Below are positions 21,364-32,460 of a stretch of DNA of 64,000 nt, piece by piece. Position 1 is the first letter of the stretch, and every line of letters starts with the position of its first letter. Position numbers and translations under genes: made by a program. Source of the DNA: Candidatus Cloacimonadales bacterium (GTDB lineage: Bacteria > Cloacimonadota > Cloacimonadia > Cloacimonadales > JAFGVF01); contig OY762964.1 of assembly GCA_963667035.1 (NCBI GenBank), positions 1,920,001-1,984,000 on the forward strand. The letters are read 5' to 3'. A model generated the notes under the pieces. It did not search any database. It saw only the letters and a list, made by a program, of their open reading frames with translations, and was not told the origin of the DNA.

Positions 21364-21634
21364 ATCCCCTCCTCCTATAACTCATTACTTATATATGTTT
21401 CTTATCCTCTAACTTTTTTCTCTCAAGAATAATCTTTATTACTATCATATTTGAACTAATAAAACTTTTATTGTCAAGAAAGAAATCCTAAAATGTCTAG
21501 TTTGTGTATAAAATTTTGTGAATTATCCAATTACTAGAAACTATCTACTTAGAACAGGTATAGAGTAACTTAGAACCGTAAATAAAAGCGGATAAAATAA
21601 ACTTACAACTGAAGGATAAAGTTAATAAAAGATA

Positions 21635-21661
21635 TTGACCAAGATTAAATAAATGTATGAT
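21635..21661 (+). promoter_or_regulatory. Putative sigma70-like promoter of the type I-B cas operon
   Basis: TTGACC-N15-TATGAT with TG immediately before the -10 box. Confidence 0.5.
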
Positions 21662-21698
21662 TTGGTTAATTAGTTTATAAGGGTGTAGGAGGTATGTT

Positions 21699-22370
21699 AT
21701 TAAACACTGTAGTTACATAGTTGTCAAATTTCCGGATATAGAGTTTCAAAGTAGAGATTTACCAAAACTGAGAGGTTTTTTTGCTAATAAATTCAAAGAT
21801 AACACTATCTTTCATAATCATTTACCGGATGGTAAATATTCTTATAGAATGCCATTGATACAATACCGGATAATTGATGGGTATCCTGCTTTGATAGGAA
21901 TCAGAGACGCAATAGACATAATCAAAGGACTGTTCTTTGATTTAAACGAAATCACTATTCTCGATAAACAGTTTGTAACAAATGAAAGAGAAGTCTGTTT
22001 TTTAGAAGAATCACTAGGGATAAGTGAAGACTACAAGAACTATATATTTTCATCTCCATGGTTAGCTCTTAATCAGGAGAATCATAAATCCTACAAACAA
22101 ATGCATCCGATAGAACAGAAACGTTTTCTAAACAGAATCTTAAAGAACAATCTTTTAACTCTCTCCAAAGGCTTTGAGTACTGGATCGAAAACTTTGATA
22201 AAGTAGAGCTTGAAGGATGGTTTCATGAGATACAAGTGAATTTTAAGAATAGAAAACTGATTGGTTTTAAGGGCGAGTTTACAACGAACTTTGCAATCCC
22301 TAAATATTTCGGACTAGGTAAACAGTCAGCTCGTGGATTTGGAGTTGTTGAACTGAAAAAGGAAGGATAA
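21699..22370 (+). CDS. cas6: CRISPR-associated endoribonuclease Cas6 (type I-B); first in-frame codon after the SD is ATT
   Basis: Frame extends 50 codons upstream of the tracked ORF (KFPD...LPKLRGFF...FHNH...YRMPLIQY); C-terminal GLGKQSARGFG G-rich loop; AGGAGG 6 nt before ATT. Confidence 0.85.
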   Translation: MKHCSYIVVKFPDIEFQSRDLPKLRGFFANKFKDNTIFHNHLPDGKYSYRMPLIQYRIIDGYPALIGIRDAIDIIKGLFFDLNEITILDKQFVTNEREVCFLEESLGISEDYKNYIFSSPWLALNQENHKSYKQMHPIEQKRFLNRILKNNLLTLSKGFEYWIENFDKVELEGWFHEIQVNFKNRKLIGFKGEFTTNFAIPKYFGLGKQSARGFGVVELKKEG

Positions 22371-24217
22371 TGATACATAAAATGTATGCTCTATATGATT
22401 TGTTTGGTGTTGATTTTGTCGAAAGTATGAATAATCAGTATGGACTCGTTAATGACGATGAAGAGCACATTGTAATCGTTCAAAACATTGAGTTGAAGAA
22501 TAATATTGCCTCTTTAGGTAGAATTGAAATGCTTCAATATAATAAACAGATGAATCTGAGGAACTTTTTTTATAAAAAAGCTCCCGGTCAGAGAAAGTCA
22601 CCTTTCCCCACTATTGTTGTGACTTTAGATTCATTAAGTCATGAGTCAAATGGGAAAAATGAGTTTGAATCAAAATTCTCAAGGAAGATATCAGCAATTC
22701 TTTCCGGAAATTGCAAAATTAACAAGGAATTGAAGCCAATACTGAATCTACATCAGAACGAAATTTCTATTATATCCGATACTCTTAAAGAGACAATATC
22801 CATTAAGCCGAAGGATAAGTATTTATATACAATCAAGATTAATGGTTTTTACACTGGAGAATCTGAGTATTATAATGGAATCAAAAAGAATAGTATCGAA
22901 AATCTATACTCAGGATATTATCATTTAAGTGAATCAAAAGAGATTCAAGGTAAGGATTTTACATGCTCAATCTGTAGAAGTAACTCAAAAACAGCATGGG
23001 GTTATGTTTCTACTTTCAATTTCTATACATCAAAAACAGACCATCAGCCAATTGCTGGTGGATTCATGAAGGAAAGAGCCCACTACAATTATCCTGTTTG
23101 CCCTGAATGTGCGGAAAAACTATATAAAATGAAACCTCTGATTGAGAATTATTTTAATTACAGATTCTGTGGACTCAACTACTTCTTGATACCTGAATTC
23201 ATTTCGGTAAGTTTAAACAAAAACTATATCAAAGATATATTGGAACTCTTTGTTACCGATAACAGAGAGGAAACCAAAATTGGAAAGTTAAGTCTCGGAA
23301 AAAATAGAAGTATTGTAGAAGATGATACCGAAGATATATTTGAGTCTTTATCTGAATCTAAGAACATAGCAAACTATACTATGCTATTCTATCAACAAAA
23401 CAATCAAGAGTTTAAAATTCTCTCTACTCTGGAAGGTATATTTCCCAGTCAATTCGAGAAGATTTTTACAACTAAAGATATTGTTGAATCTTATGAAGTT
23501 TTCCATAAACTAAAGGGTTTAAAGAAGGATGCTATCGATAATCATAAATTTACTTTCAACGGTATAGTTAAAGCCTTTTTCCCTATTAATAGTAAAATGG
23601 AAGGCGATTTTACAAAAGCTTTCTTAGAAATATCCAGAGCTATATTTATGCAGAGCACAATTGAGTATAATTATATCCTTGATAGGATTGTGAAAGTTAT
23701 CCGTAAACAGTTTATTAATGAACAATATTGGAGTATTTATACATTAAAAGGATTAATGTTGTTGCACTTTTTGATTGAATTAGGGTCAATAAATAAAGAG
23801 AAACCTAAATTTAAGGAGGTAAATTTGAATAAGAAGTATTGTGATTTCTTTACTGAACACAGTAGTGTTTTCGGTACGAATTCAGCAAAAGCCGTCTTTT
23901 TGATTGGAGTATTGTGCCAATTCCTTCTAAATATACAACAACGGGAAAGAAGCTGTACACCATTTAGGAAAAAGTTAAATAGTCTGAAGCTTAATCCTGA
24001 GTTAATAACAAAACTTTATCCACAGATTATCGAGAAATTGGAGCAATATGATTCCAACTATTACAAAGAATTGGAAACGGATATATCTAGTTTGCTGATA
24101 ACTGAAAGTCTGGACGTCCTTAACAATAATGAGATAAGTTTTTATTTTGTTTTGGGTATGACACTTAGTAAAAAACTTAAGATTGATAAAAATGAAAAAG
24201 GAGATAATAATGATTAA
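22370..24217 (+). CDS. cas8b: Type I-B large subunit Cas8b (Csh1/TM1802-like)
   Basis: CSIC...YPVCPEC zinc motif, C-terminal FLIGVL...QQRER..PF..KL, FYFVLGM; position between cas6 and cas7. Confidence 0.88.
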   Translation: MIHKMYALYDLFGVDFVESMNNQYGLVNDDEEHIVIVQNIELKNNIASLGRIEMLQYNKQMNLRNFFYKKAPGQRKSPFPTIVVTLDSLSHESNGKNEFESKFSRKISAILSGNCKINKELKPILNLHQNEISIISDTLKETISIKPKDKYLYTIKINGFYTGESEYYNGIKKNSIENLYSGYYHLSESKEIQGKDFTCSICRSNSKTAWGYVSTFNFYTSKTDHQPIAGGFMKERAHYNYPVCPECAEKLYKMKPLIENYFNYRFCGLNYFLIPEFISVSLNKNYIKDILELFVTDNREETKIGKLSLGKNRSIVEDDTEDIFESLSESKNIANYTMLFYQQNNQEFKILSTLEGIFPSQFEKIFTTKDIVESYEVFHKLKGLKKDAIDNHKFTFNGIVKAFFPINSKMEGDFTKAFLEISRAIFMQSTIEYNYILDRIVKVIRKQFINEQYWSIYTLKGLMLLHFLIELGSINKEKPKFKEVNLNKKYCDFFTEHSSVFGTNSAKAVFLIGVLCQFLLNIQQRERSCTPFRKKLNSLKLNPELITKLYPQIIEKLEQYDSNYYKELETDISSLLITESLDVLNNNEISFYFVLGMTLSKKLKIDKNEKGDNND

Positions 24218-25103
24218 AAGAACCGAGATTCTATTCTTGTATGATGTACAAAATGCAAATCCTAATGGAGACCCTTCAGATGAGAATAAGCCACGTATTG
24301 ATGAAGAAACAGGAATCAATATTGTTACTGATGTAAGGCTAAAAAGAACCATCAGAGATTATCTCATGAAATACAAAGGTTACAATGGAGAAAATGGAAA
24401 GGATATATTTATCCGTCAAACCAATGTTGATAATGATCCGGCTAAAGGATTAAATGACGCAAAAGGAAGAGCTGAAAACTTCAACAATGATGAAAATAAG
24501 ATTATTGAAACATGCATTGATGTAAGACTCTTCGGTGGTGTTATTCCTGTAAAGAAGACTGGTAAGAAAGACAGCTCAATTACTTTAACCGGTCCCGTTC
24601 AGTTTAAGATGGGGCAATCACTTCACAAAGTCAAGTTACAACACATAAAGGGAACGGGAGCATTTGCTTCTAAAGCAGGTGCAGAACAGCAAACATTTAG
24701 AGAAGAGTATATACTTCCTTATTCGTTGATTGCTTTCTATGGTATTATCAATGAAAATACTGCAAAGCACACTAAACTAAGGGAAGCTGATGTTGAAGAC
24801 CTCTTCGAAGCCATTTGGAATGGTACAAAACAACTAACTACCCGTTCAAAGTTTGAGCATAATCCTAGAATGTTGTTAACAATTGAGCATGATAATCCGA
24901 ATTTCTTTATCGGTAATCTAGATAAATACATTAGTCTCAAATCAGATAAAAAAGATGATGAGTTAAGAAATATTTCCGAGTTAGCTCTTGATATGGAGGC
25001 TCTAGTAATAAAACTGTCTGAGTTAAAAAAAGATGATAATAAATTCAAGGTTGTTATGCGTGAAAAAGACTCAAATCTAACACTTGAAAACTGGGATTAC
25101 TAA
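24210..25103 (+). CDS. cas7: Type I-B Cas7 (Csh2)
   Basis: NPNGDP...PRID, VTDVRLKRTIRD, DVRLFG, TGPVQF, TRSK. Confidence 0.93.
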   Translation: MIKRTEILFLYDVQNANPNGDPSDENKPRIDEETGINIVTDVRLKRTIRDYLMKYKGYNGENGKDIFIRQTNVDNDPAKGLNDAKGRAENFNNDENKIIETCIDVRLFGGVIPVKKTGKKDSSITLTGPVQFKMGQSLHKVKLQHIKGTGAFASKAGAEQQTFREEYILPYSLIAFYGIINENTAKHTKLREADVEDLFEAIWNGTKQLTTRSKFEHNPRMLLTIEHDNPNFFIGNLDKYISLKSDKKDDELRNISELALDMEALVIKLSELKKDDNKFKVVMREKDSNLTLENWDY

Positions 25104-25117
25104 ACATGGAGGACTAA

Positions 25118-25834
25118 ATGACTCCAGAAAGAGTATTAGTATTTGATTTAGCAGGTGATTACGCCCAGTTCAGGAAGTTCTTCACAAATATGTCTCCTAC
25201 TACTTTTTCAGTACCACCCCGTACTGTTATCGTAGGAATTATTGGAGCAATAATCGGAATTGATAAAAGCATCAATCCTAGTATATATCATGAAAAAAGT
25301 AGTTTTGTTGGTATCAAACTGTTAAAACCGATTAAGAAAACATCGATTACAATGAACTATATTAAAGCAGTTACAATGTCTCAGATTAATCGATTTAAGA
25401 ACCATAAACCAACTAACATAGAGTTCTTGAAGGATGTGGCATATAGAATCTATTTCTCTCACACAGATGATAAAATATACAATGAGTTAAAATCAATGCT
25501 GTCTCAAAACGGTTCTTATTACTCTATCTCATTAGGATTAAGTAATTGTCTTGCTGAGTATGAGTTTCGTGGTGAATTCGCAATCGAGAAAGGCTCCAAT
25601 AATGCTAAGTATAGTATCGCCTCAGTAATACCTTATGAAATGATAAAAGAGCTTATCTTTAGTGAGAAGTTACATATTCGTAAGGATACCATTCCAGGGA
25701 CAATGAATGCAGATAGAAAAGTGACTAATTATAGAGAAATAATATTTGAGACTGAAGGGCACTCCATAGAGATAGTACCGCAAGAGCCACCATTATATAT
25801 CAAAAATCTCGATGAATATATTTATGGAATCTGA
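25118..25834 (+). CDS. cas5: Type I-B Cas5 (Cas5h)
   Basis: GDYAQFRK...TFSVPPRT..GIIGAIIG; SLGLSNCLA. Confidence 0.92.
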   Translation: MTPERVLVFDLAGDYAQFRKFFTNMSPTTFSVPPRTVIVGIIGAIIGIDKSINPSIYHEKSSFVGIKLLKPIKKTSITMNYIKAVTMSQINRFKNHKPTNIEFLKDVAYRIYFSHTDDKIYNELKSMLSQNGSYYSISLGLSNCLAEYEFRGEFAIEKGSNNAKYSIASVIPYEMIKELIFSEKLHIRKDTIPGTMNADRKVTNYREIIFETEGHSIEIVPQEPPLYIKNLDEYIYGI

Positions 25835-28121
25835 GTTACTTTCACATCCTAAGATAACGCTTGACGAACACCTTACAAGTGTTTATTTAAGAGGAATTAA
25901 ACTATTTGAGAAGAATAGAGTTTTCTCGGAATTAAAAAGGATTCTGGAAATCTCTCTTCTCTTTCATGATCTTGGCAAAGCTTCTAAACACTTTCAGAAT
26001 TACATAAGAGGAACAGAACTCAAAAGTAACAGTTCTAGGCATTCCGGAATTTCTGCTGCCTGGACATATCTATATCTCTCCAAGTTGCTTAAGCTATCCG
26101 AGCTCGATTCATTATTAGGTTACCTGATTGTGAGGAAACATCATAACAATTTTGATGACATTAAACAAATGCTTATAATGCCTGATGAAAGCTTGTTAGA
26201 GATAAGTGAAAATATAGACTATGACAAGCTTGTCAAAATCTATTCTAAAGCACTGGACGATTGTATCGTTATTGAACATGACATGTTTGTAGAGTTTCTT
26301 AAGCAATTAGAAACCAAATCACTATACAGGAGATTGAGAAGACATATTAAATCCCTTCCAAATGACTATTGGATAAAGCTAAATTATTTGTTTTCAATCT
26401 TAGTATATGCTGATAAAGAAGAAGCAATTTTCCACTCTAAAGTAGACTCGTCTGACACCAGATATTGGAAACAATCTTTTGTTCCAAACTATATTCAGTC
26501 TCTTCCTAAAACTGAAAGTTTTCTAAACAGTTTAAGAGCAAAAGCTTTTAATAATCTGAATGAATTAACACCAAGACAAGGTATTCAATCAATAAACCTT
26601 CCAACCGGATTAGGAAAAACATTATCAACATTAAATTATGCAATAAAGCTAAAGGACTCATTAAATAGTAATAGTAGTATAATCTACTGCTTACCTTTTA
26701 CATCAATCATTGATCAAAACTTCAATGTCTTTAAGAATGTGTTCCAAATGAATAACTTAAGTTATACTAATAATGCTTTGTTATCCCATCATCATTTAGT
26801 AGATTTAAACTTCATTGGTACTAGCGATTTCAGTCTACATGAATCTGAATTTCTTATTGAGACTTGGAACAGCGAGTTAATTGTAACTACATTTGTGCAA
26901 ATAATCTTAACGCTGTTTTCATTCAGGAACACTTCTTTAAAGAGATTTCATAAATTAGCAAATTCAATAATAATCTTGGATGAGGTACAAAGTATTCCAT
27001 CGGAATACTGGTCACTTATTAGAAAGGGCTTACAAGCTATCTGTGATTATATGAATGCGACCGTTATTCTGGTTACAGCTACGATGCCCTTAATCTTTGA
27101 GAAAAATACATTAGTTGAACTGATTTCAGATAAAGAAAGTTTTTTTGGTAAAATGAATAGAGTAACTCTTGATGTAAGCTTACTCAATAAAAAGACTGAT
27201 ATAAATACATTCATAGACACTATCCTTGGCAGATATAATACTAAACCTGATATAAACAGACTTATCATAGTTAACACAATTCAATGCTCAATACAGCTTT
27301 ATGAGGCACTAAGACTAGAACTTGATTCAGAGAGATTAATCTATCTATCATCTAATGTTATTCCTAAACATCGTTTAAGTAGAATTAATAAAATTAAAGC
27401 TGAACCCGGAAAAGGATTTATCATTGTTTCTACCCAAGTAGTTGAGGCAGGTGTTGATATTGATGTTGAGGAAGTTTATAGGGATTTAGCTCCTTTAGAC
27501 TCAGTAATACAGGCATCAGGAAGATGTAATAGAAATGCTATTGGGAATCAAGGTAATGTTGTACTGATACAATTAACTAACAACAATAGGTTTTATTGGA
27601 GTTTTGTTTATGATCAAGTTTTAATTCAAGCCACAACCAATTCCATTGTCTCCCTGAATAAAATGATTATTCCTGAGATTGATTACCCTAAGTTAACAAA
27701 GCGATACTATTACTCTTTAAATGAAGCAATATCTTAAACAAAATCGGACATGATATGGCAATCTCTAACCTCACTGAATTATTCGCAAGCTTTGGATAAT
27801 ACTAATAATGATAAATATGTATTATCGCTATTTAATGACCATAAAACAACAACTGTTTTTGTGGAAATCGACAATAGTGCTACCCAAGTCATGCAAGAAT
27901 TTTGTTCTCTTGAACTTAATCCTGACGAGAATGAATATGAGTTTAGAGCTCGTAAAAGAGATGCCTACAGAAAGTTATCTCCATACATCATAAATGTTCC
28001 TGAGAAGTATCTTAAAACAGAAAATAACCTGTATATACTAAATAAGGATATGTTAAGAACTATGTATGACGGAGATACAGGATTTAAACGCATGTCTAAA
28101 CAAGAGGACTTTATACTATGA
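25824..28121 (+). pseudogene. cas3: Cas3 (HD nuclease-helicase) interrupted by in-frame TAA at 27735-27737
   Basis: HD (FHDLGK), PTGLGKT, DEVQ, TQVVEAGVDI, GRCNR. The downstream ORF 27750-28121 is in the same frame and completes the C-terminus. Confidence 0.88.
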
Positions 28122-29149
28122 TGCAACTATTTATAAATACTTATGGAACATATATAAAAAAGCACGATGATATGTTTGAACTTGTTATTGATGGCAAGAA
28201 AACAAAGATAACTCCTGAGAAAGTAAGCTCAATAGTAATCACAAACGGAGTCATGTTAACTTCAGATGTTATAAAGCTTGCAATGGATTATAATATTGAT
28301 ATAATCTTTCTTGATGAGTTTGGTGACCCATACGGAAGAATATGGTATCCAAAAATTGGTAGTACAGTTGCTATCAGAAGAAGACAATTGGAAATAATGG
28401 GAGAACCTATTTCTTTGGATTTTATCAAGTACACAATACATTCTAAGATGTCCAACCAGTTAGCTTTTGTTAAGAAGCTTCTTTCTTAACGTGATATCAC
28501 TACAGATGATTATATGAGAAGATTTCGCAGTATGAAAGAGATATTCAATAATTTACATGAAGCTACCGGTTCTCTGGATAATCTATCAAATTCTATACGA
28601 GGTTGGGAAGGTAGTTTCTCTCGTATTTACCTCGAAATACTCAATAACATTATTCCCAAGGCATACAAGTTTTCAGGGAGAAGTAAAAGACCTGCAAAAG
28701 ATGCTTTTAATGCTTTTCTGAACTATGGATATGGTATTCTATATAGTAGAGTCGAAAGAGCCCTTATTATTGCAGGATTAGATCCTTATGTCAGATTTCT
28801 TCATACAGACAACTTTAACAAGAAATCATTAGTCTTTGATTTCATTGAACCATATCGGGATTTAGTTGACGAACAAGTATTTTACATCTTTTCTAAAAGA
28901 CAGTTTAAACAGGAATTCATTGAAGAAATCAAGGATGGTGTAAAAGTTTCCACCGACGGTAAGAAGTTCTTTATCTCAATCCTCATGGAAAGCTTCGATG
29001 AGATAATCAGATACAGAAACAAAAATCGGAAAAGGATTGATACTATCCAAGCGGATGCTCATGCTTTTGCTAACTATTTAATTGGCTGTAATGAAGCATA
29101 TAAAGAGAATTCTGTTGAAACTAGGATTAACAACTTACTTAAGGAATAG
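28118..29149 (+). pseudogene. cas1: Cas1 interrupted by in-frame TAA at 28487-28489
   Basis: N-terminal half (DIIFLDEFGDPYGR) and C-terminal half (GWEG, NAFLNYGYGILY, GLDPY.FLH, FDFIEPYR) lie in one frame separated by a stop. Confidence 0.9.
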
Positions 29150-29158
29150 GTGTCAACA

Positions 29159-29449
<291 letters not shown>

Positions 29450-29451
29450 TT

Positions 29452-30042
29452 ATGAATATTGATTACTATATAACATCTTCGGATGTAATCGAATACCTTT
29501 TCTGCCCCGCTTTTACTTACTTCATGCATGTTTTGAATATTGAGCAAAACGAAAAAAGAAGATTTCTTGTTACTAAAGGGATTGATATACATGAAAAGAA
29601 TCTTGTTAGGAACAAAGACTATCTAAGAAAGAAAGCTGGAGCAGTAAAAAAAGAGTCTGATTTATATCTTACTTCTGATAAACTGAAAATTGTCGGAAGA
29701 CTTGATGAGCTACTGTTTCTTGAAGATGGGACTGTTGCCCCCCTAGATTATAAATACGCTTATTGGGATAATAAATTGTACAGAACATATAAAATGCAAC
29801 AAACGCTCTATGCTCTTCTAGCTGAAGAACACTTCAACTCTATGTCCAATAAAGCTTTCATCGTCTATGTTAGAAGTAAGAAGAAATTAGTTGATTTTGA
29901 TGTTACTCCAACACTCAAAATGGAGGCAATATCTATTGTACACGACATCTTGGATATTATCTCTAATTCCAAATTCCCACAAATTAACAGTTCATCAATG
30001 AAATGCTCTGATTGCACCTATCGAAACATCTGTATTAAATAG
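29452..30042 (+). CDS. cas4: CRISPR-associated exonuclease Cas4
   Basis: N-terminal YLFCP, GRLD..DYK RecB motif, QQTLYA, C-terminal CSDCTYRNIC. Confidence 0.92.
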   Translation: MNIDYYITSSDVIEYLFCPAFTYFMHVLNIEQNEKRRFLVTKGIDIHEKNLVRNKDYLRKKAGAVKKESDLYLTSDKLKIVGRLDELLFLEDGTVAPLDYKYAYWDNKLYRTYKMQQTLYALLAEEHFNSMSNKAFIVYVRSKKKLVDFDVTPTLKMEAISIVHDILDIISNSKFPQINSSSMKCSDCTYRNICIK

Positions 30043-30169
30043 TATTTTGAGTATTTTGGCGAACAACATTGTTACTATAATAAATAGACATATCAATGAA
30101 TTTATCAGATATCCATTTCTGATATTTCTTCTTAATTATATGGTATTTAAATATATACGTGAGATTATG

Positions 30170-30206
30170 ATTACTTACCCACTATCCATTAAATCAAGGA
30201 TTCATT
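30170..30206 (+). repeat. Possible solitary degenerate type I-B CRISPR repeat after an AT-rich leader-like region
   Basis: ACTATCCATTAAATCAAGGATT resembles the ATCCA.TAAAACAAGGATTGAAAC repeat class; single copy only. Confidence 0.45.
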
Positions 30207-30210
30207 TTGT

Positions 30211-30301
30211 TAATCCCAAGGGTATTAAATATGAGATTCTTGTACGAAGTGTATGGGAATAATATTTAAAATGATACATCGATCCCGAAGTGGGTCGAAT
30301 A
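30211..30301 (+). repeat. Degenerate three-hairpin REP-like element homologous to 45290-45376
   Basis: TAATCCCAA.GG.ATTAAATATGAG...AAGTGGGTCGAATA shared with 45290-45376. Confidence 0.65.
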
Positions 30302-30566
30302 CTCTATTGAGATAATCTATGGATAACATCAAAAAATTTCAGGTCAATACTACTATTTTGCTATCACATAGAATTCTTATCGCGTTATTATTAACAAACT
30401 CATATAGACCGGATAGCAATTTAATCCCCATCTGATTCTCTACTATCGTAACGAGTTTTTAACGGGAAGCTAACGAGATATAAGGAACGTATAAAACAGA
30501 AAAAATAAAGCTATATGGAATCCCATCTATTCTCTAAGTTACACTATTATAAAATAATGCCAGAAG

Positions 30567-32453
30567 TTATCTTCTGACTGCTATTAACTCATATATTTTA
30601 ACCGGAATGTTCTTGCCTTTCACTTTAATCTCGTCAAGATAATCAACAACAACCTTGTCTTTAACCACTTCGAGTGTGTACTCACTAATAATAATCTTCT
30701 TTTGGGTTTTATACTCTTTGTTAATAGCCTCCAATCTTGCTCCGAGATTAATGTTATCTCCTATTGCCGTATAATCAAATATCTGCTCCGACCCTAAGTT
30801 ACCAACAACAGCTTTACCCGTATTAATACCAATACCAATCTCAAAGATGTCTCTTCCCTCTTTCTGCCATTCACGATGGAGTCTATCAAGAACATCTCTC
30901 ATCTCAAGAGCAGTCCTACACGCATTTAGAGCATGTTCTTCATCTTTCAAGGGAGTACCGTACAGAGCCATAATCTCATCACCGACAAACTTATCGACGA
31001 TACCCTTATGTCTCTTTATAACTTCAACCATAGCCGTGAGGTACTCACTCAATATTGCCACTGTGGTCTCCGGAGGGTGAGATTCACTATAGCTAGTGAA
31101 AGAGCGGATATCCGAGAATAACACTGTAATCTCTTGCTCTGAACCTCCGTATGTAAGAGACTTTGGATTCTTGAGTAGCTCATTAACGACTTCAGGGGCC
31201 ATATACATTTGGAAAGCATTCTTAATAAATCTCTTCTCTCTAGCAGTTGAAATGAATGTGTATACCAGATTAAATGTATAACTTAACAGACCATATAAGA
31301 TGAAAATAACTACTTGCCAAATCTCGTTGAATTGTATGAATCTGTATACTGACCATATTAAAACTGCTATTAGAATTAATAAAGTAATCAGAATTGAGTA
31401 TTGTGGCTTTATAAGCCTATTCACTATTTGCATTATTATAGCAATAAAGAATAACAATAGAATTACTGTTCCAAAACCTACTTCATTGATAAATCTTCCA
31501 TCCTTTACCATTTGGAGGAAATTAGCATGTATCTCAACTCCGGGAAGAGTTACTTTCTTATAGTTAAAAGGTGTGCTGAAATTATCATGCAACTCTGCAG
31601 TAGAAACACCGACAAAAACCGTCTTGTCTTTAAAAACACCTTCAGAGAGAAACTGATTAAACTCGTTAATTTGAAAGTCCTCGGTTTCAAAGCCCGGTAG
31701 TAAGAAATTCTCGTCATCCAATATGGAAGAGAAAGAATAGTACTTGAAAGTTCCTTCCGCACCATAATAGTTAATGGCTACTCGCTTAGAGTTGTTTAGA
31801 GGGATTCTATAATCATTGACTTTTAAGACACCATCTTCTCGGACAATATTGTCCTTCCACGAACTATCACCTTTCTCTGTAGCAAGTGCTACTATCCCTA
31901 AAGAGTATACCCGTAAATCAGCTTCCTCATCATAAATAGGATAGTTTCTGATAAACCCGTCAACATCAGCACTCATGTTAACCATACCCCAAGGAGCATT
32001 AGCTCTGAATATCTGGGCTATCGGAGGAAGCAATCTGAATACACTCGAGGTTTTCTTCTCTCTAATTACCTTTCCAGCCCATACAATGTTATCATATTGG
32101 GCAGCTATACTTCCAAGTAGATTATCAGCATTAATATTACTACTTTCGGTAAACTCGATATCAAAAATAATCTGTTTAACACCCGCCTTTTCAAGATTCT
32201 CAATCATTCTTGCATAGTACCCCCTTGGGAAAGGCCATTGAGTATCAAGCATACTGAAAGATTCATCATCCACACTTACAATAACAATGTCATTAGAAAC
32301 AGGATGTTCCTCTCGCAATCTAAACAGATAATCCCAAGTCCAGAGATTGGCTTTGTGAAAAGGAGGAGTAAAGCTAAATATAAGAGTGACTGCCAATAGA
32401 ATCACTACGGCAGTCACTTGAGTCCAGAAAGACTTAAAACTAATTGGTTTCAT
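30567..32453 (-). CDS. CHASE2-domain membrane class III adenylate cyclase
   Basis: CHASE2 (DIVIVSVDD, WPFPRG, DVDGFIR, PGVEIHAN), three TM helices, FSDIRSFT / DKFVGDEIM / YTAIGDNINLGARLE. Confidence 0.93.
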   Translation of the reverse strand: MKPISFKSFWTQVTAVVILLAVTLIFSFTPPFHKANLWTWDYLFRLREEHPVSNDIVIVSVDDESFSMLDTQWPFPRGYYARMIENLEKAGVKQIIFDIEFTESSNINADNLLGSIAAQYDNIVWAGKVIREKKTSSVFRLLPPIAQIFRANAPWGMVNMSADVDGFIRNYPIYDEEADLRVYSLGIVALATEKGDSSWKDNIVREDGVLKVNDYRIPLNNSKRVAINYYGAEGTFKYYSFSSILDDENFLLPGFETEDFQINEFNQFLSEGVFKDKTVFVGVSTAELHDNFSTPFNYKKVTLPGVEIHANFLQMVKDGRFINEVGFGTVILLLFFIAIIMQIVNRLIKPQYSILITLLILIAVLIWSVYRFIQFNEIWQVVIFILYGLLSYTFNLVYTFISTAREKRFIKNAFQMYMAPEVVNELLKNPKSLTYGGSEQEITVLFSDIRSFTSYSESHPPETTVAILSEYLTAMVEVIKRHKGIVDKFVGDEIMALYGTPLKDEEHALNACRTALEMRDVLDRLHREWQKEGRDIFEIGIGINTGKAVVGNLGSEQIFDYTAIGDNINLGARLEAINKEYKTQKKIIISEYTLEVVKDKVVVDYLDEIKVKGKNIPVKIYELIAVRR

Positions 32454-32460
32454 TTATGAG

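Noticed and set aside
27732..28489. Both TAA stops in cas3 and cas1 follow a TCT codon, suggesting programmed read-through or stop recoding
   Set aside because: TAA and TAG terminate many ordinary genes in this window, the 3' contexts differ, and cas2 has a different (GAA TAG) context; nonsense mutation is simpler.
30047..30262. 71-aa ORF after cas4 (and similar 61-aa ORF at 44935)
   Set aside because: No RBS or recognisable motif; they overlap leader-like and REP-like DNA.
30567..32453. Cyclase as a CRISPR second-messenger or Pycsar defence component
   Set aside because: It is convergent to cas4, has a standard CHASE2-TM architecture and belongs to the ddl-FecR operon; no effector gene is adjacent.
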